Positions 1 to 11,650 of a DNA stretch of 64,000 nucleotides are shown here, one piece after another. The notes under the pieces were generated by a model that worked only from the letters and a program-made list of their open reading frames with translations, did not search any database and was not told the origin of the DNA. Where the stretch lies: contig CM082597.2 in assembly GCA_040954595.2 (NCBI GenBank), positions 6,473,849 through 6,537,848 of the forward strand, written 5' to 3'. The stretch's first letter is position 1; every line of letters begins with the position of its first letter. The stretch comes from Balanoglossus misakiensis. Its lineage: Eukaryota > Animalia > Hemichordata. Made by a program: the position numbers and the translations under genes.

Positions 1-67
1 TGTCTTCGCTTCTTGGAATTAAAGTTTGGTTCAACTCAAACGCCTCCAGTTGACCATCTCACACTTC

Positions 68-119
68 TGGCACTGGTGAGATTCAAACCAACGCCTTGAA
101 ATAACTGCTGCCTTAAACC
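68..119 (-). pseudogene. Degenerate 3' half of a tRNA-Leu(AAG)-like sequence
   Basis: Minus strand reads ggtttAAGgcagcagttatttcaaggcgttggtttgaatctcaccagtgcca. This resembles the anticodon arm, long variable arm, T-arm (GGTTCGAATC-like) and acceptor of type-II tRNA-Leu. The D-arm half is absent. Confidence 0.45.
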
Positions 120-350
120 GCTTGACTGTAGGAAATGACTGCATGACAGTGATATCAATTCAGTTAACCTTAGTTAGTGCATGCAGCTCCTAGACATGGA
201 CTAAAATTTGGTTCAACTCAAATGCCTCAAGTCCAGTTGACCATCTTTCACTGGTGGCAGCCCTGGGATTGGAATCCACGCTGTCAAAATGATCCACCAC
301 AGAAACCACATCAATTTCACAAGATAAAAGTGAGACAGCAAATTCGCTTG

Positions 351-403
351 TGGCAGCGGTTGGATTCAAACCAACACCATCAAAATGACTGGTGCCTAAA
401 ACC
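351..403 (-). pseudogene. Degenerate 3' half of a tRNA-Leu(TAG)-like sequence
   Basis: Minus strand reads ggtttTAGgcaccagtcattttgatggtgttggtttgaatccaaccgctgcca, close to the 3' half of metazoan tRNA-Leu(UAG) as I recall it, with CpG-decay-type changes. No 5' half. A third shorter relic lies at about 255-292. Confidence 0.6.
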
Positions 404-749
404 GCATGACAGTGATGTCACAATGTGACAATGTTACATCAACAATACATAAGTTTGGTGATATTTTGTCTTAGATGATCAAATTGAGGCAAATTATCCC
501 CATCTTGTTAGAAATCTGAGTCAAGGTGTCTTGGGTGTGAGATTCAAGTAGTCCAGAGTAGGCTTATCTTCAAAAGTCAATCCCTCAGTCAAGTATAAAT
601 ACATCAGTTTGGGATATTTTGTCTCAAATTATCAAATTGGTGAATTTTGTAATAATTGGGAATAATTTCTTTGTACACTCCAGATACAACACCATAGTGG
701 TGATAAAGTAATGATTGTAAATTATTTCTAATTTCTTCTTACCCTCCAG

Positions 750-872
750 ATATTAATGAATGTCACAGTGGTGGAAATGCATGTCAACACTATTGTCAGA
801 ATACCCATGGTAGTTATCGCTGCGCTTGCAGACCAGGATTCTATCTGCTGGAGGATGGCCATACATGTGCCG
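750..872 (+). CDS. cbEGF exon A of a fibrillin/fibulin/LTBP-like multi-EGF protein
   Basis: ccag|..|gtaag, 123 nt, phase 1-1. Translates DINECHSGGNACQHYCQNTHGSYRCACRPGFYLLEDGHTCA, matching the D-[IV]-[DN]-E-C and C-x-N-x-x-G-S-[YF]-x-C-x-C consensus. Confidence 0.93.
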
Positions 873-907
873 GTAAGACTCACTTGTTTGTTCAACACTA
901 TCTTTAA

Positions 908-1257
908 AGGGACAAAGTCTCTTTCCGCCGACCTGTTTCTATTAATTCTGTTTGATACAAGACACTGTTTATGTTAATCTACACGTCGATATATAGTGAG
1001 TCAATGTTCAACCACACACAACTTCCATCCCGCTTGTAGACACAAGAGTGAAAAAACTCGCCGAAATGAATAATCGGTGTTTACCATTTATTCATTTTAG
1101 CGAGTTTTTCACTCTCGTGTCTACAAGTGGGATAGAAGTTGTGTGTGGTCGAATGATGATTCACTATATATCCACATGTAGACAGAATAACATATATGGT
1201 GTCTTGTATCAAACATAATTAATGGAAAAAGGGCACAGAAAGAGAGACTTTGTCCCT
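908..1257. mobile_element. Fold-back MITE with TTAA TSD and AGGG...CCCT ends (Kolobok-like)
   Basis: ttaa|AGGGACAAAGTCTCT...AGAGACTTTGTCCCT|ttaa. The whole 350 bp is an imperfect palindrome. A second copy lies at 4750-5095. Confidence 0.85.
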
Positions 1258-1522
1258 TTAACTGGGAACTCTTTATTTATTGTTCCCTCATGTTCTGGGA
1301 CGATTCTATATTATCTCAAGGTTTGATTGGTATTTTAGTGACCATCTTTCTGAACTGTTTTGGTTCGTTTGGGGGTTTCAGACCATCTTTTTAAATGTAA
1401 TTTGTTATCCGTTTAGCTTTTACTTGAATTTTTATTTTTATTTTTTTCTGTGCAAAATGCACTGAGACAGATGTGTTTTGTGTAGTGAATAATAAATAAT
1501 GATAAAATATCTTTGATTTCAG

Positions 1523-1639
1523 ATGTCAATGAATGTATAGAGAGAGCAGATCTTTGTGAAGGCCAGTGTGTGAATACAGCAGGCTCTTTTTATTGCACTT
1601 GTGCTGTGGGATATCGATTGGTCAATGGAGAGTGTACAG
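1523..1639 (+). CDS. cbEGF exon B
   Basis: ttcag|..|gtaag, 117 nt, phase 1-1. DVNECIERADLCEGQCVNTAGSFYCTCAVGYRLVNGECT. Confidence 0.93.
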
Positions 1640-2083
1640 GTAAGACCAACACCATATGTGGACATTGAAAGGTCCTGTACGTTTAAATTTTTATTTAGTC
1701 ATCAACCATCATTTCTTGTTCAGCTTGGTGAAGCTGGGTAAGCAATGTTGTTATTGTTTAATTTTTTTTTATTAACATGCAATCTAATTGGCCTGGCTGT
1801 AATAGGATGTTGAACAGGAGCTACTATGGGAGTTGGTCAGATGATGTAGTGTGTGGCGACAGCATAAGAATACCATAACGCGCAAGTGAAAGCATACATC
1901 TGATTTTAATCAGATTGTTATTGTATCAACACATTAAACATGTCTGTTCTCTCTAACACTGCTGTCAGACCGTGGCCCATGAAATCTCCCTGCTAAGTGT
2001 ACTTTTCTCTACTCAAACTCTTTTGGATCCAATTGGAAGTTTGTGCATGTAGGTCATTATCAATCCACATAGAATTACATGTA

Positions 2084-2246
2084 CAGTCAAACCTGTCTAT
2101 AGTGGCCAGTCAAGGGACTTTCCTAAACTGGCTTTTATAGACAGGTGGCCTTTATATAGAGGTTAATTAACACGCATGTGAATTGCACAGGGACTGTAAC
2201 AAAGTGGCCACTATATAGAGGTGGCCACTAACAGGGGACTTGACTG
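2084..2246. mobile_element. Tc1/mariner-pogo-type MITE
   Basis: ta|CAGTCAA...TTGACTG|ta with TA TSD. A related copy lies at 32183-32354. Confidence 0.75.
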
Positions 2247-2309
2247 TATTGGCAATAAACTTGTTACCAGGTGTTAATGAAGACAGCCAATGATTTGATT
2301 TCTTACCAG

Positions 2310-2435
2310 ATGTTGATGAATGCAGTGAGTCCATTGGTGGATGCAGTCAAGGGTGTATCAACACACAAGGAAGTTATTTCTGTTCTTGTCACCACGGTTA
2401 CCTACCAGGCGGAAGCAGGAAGGGCAGTTGTGAAG
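2310..2435 (+). CDS. cbEGF exon C
   Basis: ccag|..|gtaat, 126 nt, phase 1-1. [42 protein letters not shown]. Confidence 0.93.
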
Positions 2436-2495
2436 GTAATTAAGATCTCCCACATGCACTTTGAATTCAATTCCCATCTGTCTTTATTATAAGAA

Positions 2496-2793
2496 CATTC
2501 ATTACTATCAATCACGTGATCTGGCCATGTGACCCATGGTGTAGTCATTTCCAGATGACGGGCAAACAATATTTCGGTATCCAGTGAAAGTTTTTCCAGG
2601 TAAGTTTATACTTTCGAACCGCCAGACATGTAACATGTATCAGGTATGGTGCCTCATTCAGCCTAATGGCGTTTCGTCTGCACAGTCTTTGTCTGCACCA
2701 CGTTGTTGAAGTTGCCCATCATCTGGAAATTTGAATGCCAACGTAACTGCCACCTGAGCACGTCTGACGTCATTTGATATCGAGGAATTGAAT
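2496..2793. mobile_element. Degenerate fold-back or MITE relic in an intron
   Basis: Inverted repeat ttccagatgacgggcaa (about 2549) versus ttgcccatcatctggaa (about 2712), with weak outer arms cattca...tgaatg. Boundaries are approximate. Confidence 0.35.
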
Positions 2794-2849
2794 GTGTATG
2801 AGTTGACCTATGACCTTAAAACTCGCGATCCATTTTTCTTTTTTTTCAG

Positions 2850-2975
2850 ATGTGGATGAATGTGCTTCATTTATGCGCAGTATTTGTGAATTTGGATGTG
2901 AGAATCATGATGGAAGTTACCAGTGCCAATGTCCTGATGGATATACTCTACATTCCAATGGACAAAATTGCATAG
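2850..2975 (+). CDS. cbEGF exon D
   Basis: Poly-pyrimidine tract and cag|..|gtaag, 126 nt, phase 1-1. [42 protein letters not shown]. Confidence 0.93.
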   Translation: MWMNVLHLCAVFVNLDVRIMMEVTSANVLMDILYIPMDKIA

Positions 2976-3155
2976 GTAAGGAATGCTAACCAATATAACC
3001 ACTGTGAATCTTTGCGAACCCGATTTGTCAAGTGTATTCTGGAAATGTTACCTGTGCGGGTACAATTAGATATTCCTTTCTGTACAAGATATTGACAGAG
3101 TTGCTATGATTTTTAATGAAGTTTAAAGTTTAAAAATTGAATTTGACTCCAACAG

Positions 3156-3278
3156 ATATAAATGAATGCGCACTGCATGCTGGGATATGTCATCAACATT
3201 GCCAGAATACCCAGGGTTCCTTTCGCTGTTCATGTGCTCCTGGTTGGAAGTTAGCAGCTGATGGCAGAATGTGTGAAG
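3156..3278 (+). CDS. cbEGF exon E
   Basis: acag|..|gtagg, 123 nt, phase 1-1. [41 protein letters not shown]. Confidence 0.93.
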
Positions 3279-3766
3279 GTAGGTCAAAGGTCATCTCTAA
3301 TTTCAAACAGATCTAAGTTGATACTTTTCCTCATTATAAACCTGAGAAGTTTTTTCCCTGGAAAGTGTACATTAAAGGCCGATGATCATCTTATGCGCAC
3401 ATGTGTAATTTTGTGTGTACAAACATTACGTCCAATCCAAATGTTCTGCAAATTTTGCATTTGAGGCATTCAATAGTAGAATGTCTTGGCTTCCTTCCAT
3501 ATTTCATGTGCTCCATATAAGTAGACTTCAGTTTTGTCCCTTATTTTCACCCAATTTTCTGTCGTTTCCCAATCTCCAACACAGACTATGGTCGCTGTCA
3601 TCTTGTCTGTTGTTAGGACAGCACACTTCCTTATGGCATTGACTGTATACAATTTTTTAACCTGCGTCTCTGGTGTGGCACATGAGCATAGGACTATTGT
3701 GCCCCTTTAAGACTTTGATTTTCAAGGCACATTATACAATAACAAATCTTGACTATTGAATTTCAG

Positions 3767-3886
3767 ATATAAATGAGTGTCTGTTGGAAAACAATGGATG
3801 CCAACACGGTTGTGTGAACACCATTGGAAGTTACCACTGTCAGTGTCGTAATGGGTACAGCCTTGAAAACTCGCAGGCTTGTGAAG
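3767..3886 (+). CDS. cbEGF exon F (last visible exon of the EGF gene)
   Basis: ttcag|..|gtagg, 120 nt, phase 1-1. [40 protein letters not shown]. Confidence 0.93.
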
Positions 3887-4749
3887 GTAGGCCTTGTTGC
3901 TATAGTAACCGAGTTGTAGTCTGAACATGTTGCTGTTGTGTTAGGCTATCAGAGAAGTGACCACATTTGCACAGGTGGTTATAACTCGTTGAATGCCAGT
4001 GTTTTTAACTGTCAATATAAAATATATGCCAATATCATATAAGCTGTCTGGATTTAAGGGACAAAACAATTATTTTATGGGGGTGGGGTGGTGGAATGTG
4101 GTACAGCCACAAAAATATATAAGGGTGTGAAGAGGTAGGATATTTTAGTGACCACATTTGCAGACGTGGTTATAACTCGTTGAATGCCACAGTTTACACT
4201 GTCGAAATGTGGTGTGGCATTTTTATGCTCTCATACAATATGAAATATCATAAGCTGTCTGGATTTATGGGGGGGGGGGGGGGGGGGGGGGGCTGGGTGT
4301 TTGTGGTACAGCCACAATTTTTCGTTGACATTTTGTCTTATACCCAAAAATATTTATTTCAAGAATAGAAAAAAAATGCGTACAAAGTTCTTTCAGGCCT
4401 CGACAATTGGCACCTGCCTGTAGCCGCCCATGGCCGGTAAAAATTGTGCTGGGCAGTTAATTTCATTGTCACCTGCCCAGCTGGGCAGGTAATCACTCAT
4501 GCTTAGAGTACAAATGAAATAAATGAAATGTTTTTGCCACCAGAAATGGCAGATATCAGTAATTAAATGACAAATAGTGTCTGAATGCCTAACCTCCAGA
4601 AATCAAATATCTGCAACCCCAGCATTAATTTCAATTTTTGTCCTTTGGATTGAAGGTCCCATTGACTCATGTGATTGCCAAATACAATCACTATCACTCC
4701 ACAAATGTACAGTGTTAATTCTCTGGTAACTCCAACTTTCAAGTATTAA

Positions 4750-5095
4750 AGGGACAAAGCCTCTCTCTCGCAGGCCTTTTTCCATTAATTATGTTTGATA
4801 CAAGATGCCGTTTATGTTATTCTACATGTGGATATATGGTGAATCAACATTCGACCACACACAACTTCCATCTCGTTTGTAGGATATGAGAGTAAAAACT
4901 CGCCCAAAATGAATAAATGGTAAAGAACGATTATTCATTTTGGCGAGTTTTTCACTCTCCTGTCTATAAGAGGGATGGAAGTTGTGTGTGGTTGAACGTT
5001 CATTCACTATATATCCACATGTAGAATAACAAACGTTGTCTCTTATCAAATATAATTAATGGAAAAAAGGGCAGCGGGAGAGAGACTTTGTCCCT
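4750..5095. mobile_element. Kolobok-like fold-back MITE, second copy, specific to the first unit
   Basis: ttaa|AGGGACAAAG...CTTTGTCCCT|ttaa. Paralogous units show the empty site ttcaagtaTTAActgggg (for example about 13186-13203). Confidence 0.9.
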
Positions 5096-5154
5096 TTAAC
5101 TAAGCTTTCTTATAAAAATAAAAAAATGAAACGTAATAGAATCATGAAAACCTG

Positions 5155-5160
5155 TTTATT
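5155..5160 (-). promoter_or_regulatory. Candidate polyadenylation signal (AATAAA) of TRIM-NHL copy 1
   Basis: Minus-strand AATAAA followed by a T-rich tract. It is conserved at 13254, 21965 and 23045, 34706, 44931 and 46012, 54644 and 62362. It would imply a 3' UTR of about 3 kb. Confidence 0.45.
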
Positions 5161-7913
5161 CACCACATGAATTTTGCACATAAAATGTATCAGCTGTTAG
5201 TACACACAAACTAAACATGTATTCTTGGTTATTTAAAAAAAACTGAATGATTTCACCAACAATTTTACTAACAATTTTACTAACAAATTTATGTCAAGAC
5301 CACTGTTGACCTGATAATAAACCCCTCATCAAGAAATCTACAGGAATTTAAATTGGTTACAAAAAAATGTTGCTAGCTGTTTGGTCGTAAAATAAAGTTA
5401 AGTGGTCCAATGTTCATGTGATAAGTACTGAAGTCGACAGAAATAGTGTCTTGGTGATTACATTAACATACAATAGGTCTCAAAACAGTCAACCAAACAA
5501 CTCAGTAATGTTCATTGTCCAGATTTGTGAGTTATTAGTGTCCATCGATCGTCAACCAAATAATCAATAATTTGCATGTTTGTTGTCCAGATTATTTATG
5601 AGAGTTATAAGTGTTATCGTCAAAAACAAAGTCAAGAAAAATAAAGTGAGTAAAACACGTTGCAAATAATGAATTCTATGGTTTCCTGTAAAATGACAAA
5701 AAGTTGTTGAAACAGGAAAATTTGATTAAAGTTCATGAAAGTAGAAAACCACTGATTACAGTCAACACATTACATGTAATTTCAAAAACTAAAGCTCAAA
5801 AACTAAAATGGATTAAAAAACAGTACCATACACACATTAGGATCTGAAGAGGCAAAGTTGTTTTAACCCTTTCTCCACCATGGTTTGGTCTAACTCCATT
5901 GTTCTCCAAAGGCAGTATTGGACCTTTACACAGTGAAATGGGGGTGAAAGGGTTAAGGAAGTACTCTGAATTGTAGTAAAGAAAATCTGAAAACATATTT
6001 TGAAATTATTTATCAACAGACATATTTATAACACTCAGCTATGAATTAATCATTCAACTAAGTGTGATAACATTGTTCCACAAAAAATAGTATGGTGGAA
6101 ATGCTCAATAAATGTAATGGACTAAAAAAACACTGGTCATGTTATAGAGCTGAAGTTTACATGTGTCTTTAAAAACATGAAAAATCGAGAAAAAATGTCT
6201 GTTTACATCAAAATATCCAAGACTTAATAGCAGTACTGAATAAAACTGAAGATTGATGTCAAGAACTGACAGATACGAGTGAATGTTCGGATGTTTCTTT
6301 GTTGATCGGTTGTGACATAAAATTGTTGTGTTAAAGCCCCAGTAATGTTTACGTTTGACTGTTTTTTCTGTATTTTTCTCCCATACATCAAATCCAGTTT
6401 CTTGTTCTTCTCTGGAGAGCTTTGTGAAATGTTCATTTTTTAGCTTCTCAACAAAGCCTGTATAACAGCCACTGTTATTGTTGACAAATAAATTGATGTT
6501 CGACTTTAATTCATATTTCAACAATAACAATGGTGATTACTACAAAATAGCTGTGTTGAAAAAACAAAAACTGAGAAATTATTTACGTCTCACAGAGAAG
6601 AACAAGAAACCACAGTTGATACTGAAAACAATAATATTGAGAAGATAGCCCAAAGTTGGAAGTTCCTGGGGTTTTAATTGTTTTGTGATACCTGTCCTGA
6701 TTTCGGTCTGACCCCAACTGGGTGTAGTCAGATTTGTGTCGGTGAAAAGTCACTGTAGATTTTTTTTTACAGACAAAAATTGTACAGTAACAAGGAGGTC
6801 ATGACATACTCAATAAACAACATGTTATCAGTGTCACCTTGGCAACAGTGGAATTGTTAGTTAACTGTTAATGTAGCAATTGGACAATAGATATACTTTG
6901 CTTTAATTATGAACCATGTAAAATGTTCACAATTTGTTATAGACAAAATGCAAAATTCATGATAACTTCATAGAAAGTACTGATATTTTTGTCAGTAAAT
7001 TCTTTTTTTGCTGCCACTGTTGACTGTGACATGAAATACAGATTTTTTCAAAGATACCTTTAACCTTAAAAAAAACACACCACAAAACTATTTAAAAATT
7101 GTGTAATCTTGGTTATACTCAGAACCCAAAATTCAAAGTCTCTATCTGTAGTTCAATTAAAAAAATATCAACTGATGTGAATACTGCATGATTTGCATGT
7201 CCCCCTTTGGAAAGATTTGTCATGTCAGGAAAAAAACTACAATTTGCTGCCATCTTTCCAATCGGGCTGACATGGACACAAGTGGGTAAAACATTTTCTC
7301 CTTCAAATCTGGGGGTTCTCTCATAAAAGTCAAAGGGATGTCTCTTTTGGGAGAAATCTGTCTATTCCAACAGAAATGTCAACTATAGTTGTGAGAGTGT
7401 TGTATGCACATGGTCTCTGCAGAAGAATAGGAACCTCAGGCAACCAGTTTGCCGTCATAAGTCATTCTACAGTTGGTTTCATGTGCGTGACTTTCAGATG
7501 CAATCTGAAGTCGAGCGATACATTAGTCATCATCTCAAGTTTTTTGTGACACCAATTGCCTGCTTGTTTTGTTGTTGTTTGTATCAACTGCAGTTTGTTG
7601 TTGAAATCCCTACAGCATATGATGAAATGTTCAGTCTATATGTGTACAGATAGCATTATTATTGCTGAAAATTGAATTGAATTCAATTCCTTGATCAACA
7701 ATAATAATGATGCACATGTCTAGGTTATTTCAAGAAACTGAACAGTGGCCATTTTAGAATGGTATTATAGTGTGGAATAAGAACTATAGTTCATATTTAC
7801 AGACAGAAATACTGAAAAAACAAAAAGTGGGCCTTAATCTACAAACCAATGTGGGATATATGCATCCAGGTTCTGCCATCACCTTCACATGTAAGCCTTA
7901 TTTCAGTGAAATA

Positions 7914-8093
7914 CAGTAAAATCTGTCTAAACCAAACTCAGTCTGATCGAGAAACCTGTCTATACCGAACACTCTTTCCAGTGCCCTTCACTTAAAACCA
8001 CATGTTGAAAGACCCTCTGTAAACCAGACACCTCTGCAAAGCGAACAATATTCTCACTCCCATTGGTGTCTGGTTTATAGACAGGTTTCACTA
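7914..8093. mobile_element. Old pogo/Tigger-type MITE 27 bp downstream of the TRIM stop codon, present in every unit
   Basis: ta|CAGTAAAATCTGTCTAAACC...GGTTTATAGACAGGTTTCACTA. Copies at 16445-16624, 25776-25955, 37495-37674, 48753-48932 and about 57238-57420. Confidence 0.7.
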
Positions 8094-8120
8094 CAGTTGA
8101 TACATTGAGATGTGACACTT

Positions 8121-10082
8121 TCACTGTGCAAAGACTTTGAGGCAGTCGTTGCCCCAGTCAGCAACCACTACTTCCATGTCATCTGTCACAGCGACACCTC
8201 GTGGGCTATCTAACCCATCCTCAGCTTTATCAATGCGACAGATGAATTTACCTCTGTTGTCAAATTTCTGCACATTCTTGTTTTTCTTGTCACAGACATA
8301 CAGATATCCTGCTTTATCAGCCACTATTCCTTTTGGCCAATAAAGCTTACCATCACCTTCACCAAATTCTCCAAATGCAAACATGAACTCACCATCTGCA
8401 TTATATGCTTGAATGCGATTGTTGTTCATGTCTGATACAAACACTACTCCACAAGTGTCAACAGTCAAGAACTCAGGCCCTTGAAGCTGTCCCTGTCCTG
8501 TGCCAAAACTCCCAAATGATTTGATGTACTGACAATCATGTGTGTATTTCCTGATGCAGTGACCCTCTTTGTCTGTGTCAGCCACCTTTCCATCCCAATC
8601 ACTCACATACACACTTCCATCTACAGGACTAATAGCAATTCGGGAGGGATTCTTGACTTCTTTCCCAAAGCATTTGATCAGAGACCCGTTCTCATCACTC
8701 ACAACTATTTGTTTGTTATCCCAGTCTGACATGAAGTATTCATCATCAGCTGATATTGCAACATCGTATGGTGTGAAAGGCTGTACAAACTGAGTGAATG
8801 TGAAACTTGATTTGTGATTCCCATCCCTGTCAGTGATTTGTACTCTTCTGTTACCAGCATCAGCAGTGACAAAGTTTCCGTGTCTGTTAATACTGACACC
8901 TAGAGGGCAATTGAACTGGCCACTTTTATTACCTTTACATCCAATGGTCTTCACCAAGCCTTTCTTTGTCTCTACTGACACTGAATCTTCACGAAGCAAT
9001 CCCAGCATTCCTCCATCTTTGGTCTCCTCAGCTGGCTGGAATTTCACCATGTCCACAATGGCATCAATTTCTGTCTCCATGGCGATTATTTCCTCCATGT
9101 GATGTATTGTCTCCTGCTTGGTGGCCATGATCTGGGCTGGTGTCCCATGATGCATCAGTGTTTCTATGTAGCAGCGTTGGCTTGCAATGTTGCCATGTTT
9201 CAGTTCCCACTCATCTATTAGAGCCTCCGTCTGCTTTACTCTCTGTCCATATTTTGTCTGCAGCTCTTTAATCAACTGTTTCTCCTCCCTCTGTGCCTTC
9301 TGTATGACCTTTGCTGTTTTCTGTCTCACTTTCTGTTCTTCCTCCTGGCATTCGACCAACAGTGTCTCTCTCTTCAGTTTGGCCAGTGTTGTGCTTGTCT
9401 TTGCTCCCCATTCTTTTTCTGTCACCTTACACAGCAGATCTCTCAACTGTTTGGTGTAGTCATTTGCAGCATCTTGCAGATCTGTGTTGGTGTGTTTGGG
9501 ACTTGGATGTTTGGTAATAGCACAGTCTGTACACACAATAAGCTTACAGGTCTCACAGTAGAATTTCACCACATTTTCTGGATGGACACTGCAGAAGACT
9601 TTTTGTTGCTTCAGGAGAGTTGACCATTCTGTATTTTTGTATTCATCCAGTGTCATGACCTTGTGACCTTTCATAAATTTTCTGTGCGGTTTAGTGCAGG
9701 AATCACACATATTCACACTGCAGTCGATGCAATAGTGAGTTCCTTGGTTTTCATCACATCCGTTACACACAGAAGGCTTCGAGTCACTCTCTGTAGGACG
9801 CTTTTTCAGATAAAGATCAGTCAACGAGTTGATGAAAAAGTTGACTTTCAGTTCAGTCACACCCCCACCAGGAAGCTGACATGGCGTACTGCATGTTGGG
9901 CAGTTCAGCTTACCTTTCTTTGTCACCAGTGTTGTCAGACACGACTCACAGAATGAATGGTCACATGGCAAGACTTTGGGTTTCTTGAACAGTTCCAGAC
10001 AGATCGCACAGGAGAGGAAATCCTCACCAATCTCGTTCAGAACTTTGTCTAACTGGGAACCTCCAGGATATGCTGCAGCCAT
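8121..10082 (-). CDS. TRIM-NHL E3 ubiquitin ligase copy 1 (RING-B1-B2-CC-6xNHL), 653 aa
   Basis: Uninterrupted ORF. First ATG at 10082 in strong Kozak context (aagATGG). C3HC4 RING CAIC..LPCDHSFCESC..CPTC, B-box1 CNGC..CIDC..CDSC..H..H, B-box2 CSVH..CETC..CTDC..H..H, coiled coil, then six F-x-x-P-x-G/D-[IV] NHL repeats. Confidence 0.96.
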   Translation of the reverse strand: MAAAYPGGSQLDKVLNEIGEDFLSCAICLELFKKPKVLPCDHSFCESCLTTLVTKKGKLNCPTCSTPCQLPGGGVTELKVNFFINSLTDLYLKKRPTESDSKPSVCNGCDENQGTHYCIDCSVNMCDSCTKPHRKFMKGHKVMTLDEYKNTEWSTLLKQQKVFCSVHPENVVKFYCETCKLIVCTDCAITKHPSPKHTNTDLQDAANDYTKQLRDLLCKVTEKEWGAKTSTTLAKLKRETLLVECQEEEQKVRQKTAKVIQKAQREEKQLIKELQTKYGQRVKQTEALIDEWELKHGNIASQRCYIETLMHHGTPAQIMATKQETIHHMEEIIAMETEIDAIVDMVKFQPAEETKDGGMLGLLREDSVSVETKKGLVKTIGCKGNKSGQFNCPLGVSINRHGNFVTADAGNRRVQITDRDGNHKSSFTFTQFVQPFTPYDVAISADDEYFMSDWDNKQIVVSDENGSLIKCFGKEVKNPSRIAISPVDGSVYVSDWDGKVADTDKEGHCIRKYTHDCQYIKSFGSFGTGQGQLQGPEFLTVDTCGVVFVSDMNNNRIQAYNADGEFMFAFGEFGEGDGKLYWPKGIVADKAGYLYVCDKKNKNVQKFDNRGKFICRIDKAEDGLDSPRGVAVTDDMEVVVADWGNDCLKVFAQ

Positions 10083-10368
10083 CTTTGCAGCTCGAGTCAA
10101 AATGCTTGTAATCACATAGCAACACACTGTTCAGTATAGTGTCATTAATTTTGACTGAGTTATGGGGTTTATAAAAACTTGGCAAGCCACCAAAGTTATA
10201 TGATAAATTGAATTCAGTGATTCAGCAAATACCAGTGTACCAATGTAAACTTTGACCGGGTACAGTTGACAAATACCGATATATTGAACTGAAAGTGGGA
10301 CACATCATCACATTATACCAATGAACCGTCCCAGATTTCTTGGTATACTCATTAGACATTGTGAGCTG

Positions 10369-10576
10369 TTGGTCTCTTCTTGTATTTTCACAACTCTTTG
10401 CAAACATTCATTGCAAATTATTTGTCTCTTCTTGTATTTTCACAAATCTTTGCAAACATTCATTGCAAATTATTTGTCTCTTCTTGTATTTTCACAAATC
10501 TTTGCAAACATTCATTGCAAATTATTTGTCTCTTCTTGTATTTTCACAAATCTTTGCAAACATTCATTGCAAATTA
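10369..10576. repeat. 52-bp minisatellite, 4 copies
   Basis: Unit tttgtctcttcttgtattttcacaaatctttgcaaacattcattgcaaatta; 208 bp. Confidence 0.95.
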
Positions 10577-11288
10577 TAAACATACACATTATGTCTGCAT
10601 GAAAGTTCCATCTCTGGCAACCAATTTCCCGATACAGAATTTGTGTGATGAACCATATTTCATCCTGATGGATGGTATTATACCAATAGTGAAATGTGAA
10701 TTTTTTTCTTGAAGACAACTTGGTGACAACTAACAGTATTACTATAGCAACACTACAAAAATATCCGATCATATTATTATATTTTTTGCTGCTTGTATAT
10801 GAAATTAAGTTTCATTTCATTTGGCTTCAATTGCTAGATAAACAGTTTTTGATTAAACTGTCAGTCAGCAATTTCTATTCACATCTTATCTCGGCTAGTA
10901 CAGCTTTTTTAAAACTGGCTGGGGTGTTTAATCCACCCACAAGTTGAGGTCAAAAGTTCTGGAAGTAACACAATGGACAATTCTTTACACAAAGATAACA
11001 GTTGCAAACTTTGACAGAGAATGAAAGAGTTGGCCTATATTGCAGGTTACTGTGTGAGTCAGTGGCTGATTGTATGATACAGTCTGCACGATAACCCCTT
11101 GATTAGAGCGTGTCTGGTACCAGTGATTTGATTGGCTGTTATCAAGTTATTGGCATGTTCGTCATCGTCTGACAAACCATTATTAACATGGGTAGGGGCA
11201 AACTTTCACGTTTCAAAATCAATTATATTTTTTACATTGCGTGAACAGTTTCTATCATAAATTGATATTTTATGTAAACTTTATGCGC

Positions 11289-11650
11289 AAACTAATTATT
11301 TTCGCAATGATTTGCGAATGCTGACAACCTCTGTATGCATGTCAACCCATGCGCTTAATTTTGCCTACCCTTCACACAAATGGTTTACACTTCTGCCAAA
11401 TTCATGTCAACACGAAGTGACCGGCACAGAGTGTGAATGAAAATAGATAGGGCGAATTTCAAAGAATGTAAACTAATTATTTTCGCAATGATTTGCGAAT
11501 GCTGACAACCTCTGTACGCATATCAACCCATGCGCTTAATTTTGCCTACCCTTCACACAAATGGTTTACACTTCTGCCAAATTCATGTCAACACGAAGTG
11601 TCCGGCACAGAGTGTGAATGAAAATAGATAGGGCCAATTTCAAGGATTGT
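11289..11650. repeat. 181-bp tandem repeat, 2 copies
   Basis: aaactaattattttcgcaatg starts at 11289 and 11470. Confidence 0.92.

Noticed and set aside
2802-3293. DR1-type AGGTCA repeats in EGF introns (about 2804-2816 and 3281-3293) as nuclear-receptor elements
   Set aside because: TGACCT/AGGTCA doublets occur several times near splice sites in this window, so they look like a common background or splice-associated motif. This also weakens the DR2 reading upstream of the TRIM genes.
756-3928. ORF-track peptides over the EGF exons (756-977, 2271-2492, 3261-3464, 3722-3928)
   Set aside because: Wrong frame or strand; the spliced phase-1 cbEGF reading explains these segments.
4269-4292. Poly-G run giving a poly-Gly ORF
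   Set aside because: Simple homopolymer within a small local duplication (about 3957-4090 versus 4147-4320); no coding evidence.
8137-9956. Many 60-100 aa ORFs overlapping the TRIM genes, repeated in each copy
   Set aside because: Antisense or off-frame shadows of the real CDS; they recur only because the DNA is duplicated.
8121-10082. Assigning a vertebrate symbol (TRIM2, TRIM3, TRIM71, TRIM56 or TRIM32)
   Set aside because: There is no filamin domain and the family is a lineage-specific expansion; orthology cannot be established without a phylogeny.
10083-10127. N-terminal extension MCCYVITSILTRAAK given by the ORF track
   Set aside because: It begins at a non-ATG codon. The first ATG (MAAAYPGG) has a strong Kozak context and gives the usual short leader before a TRIM RING.
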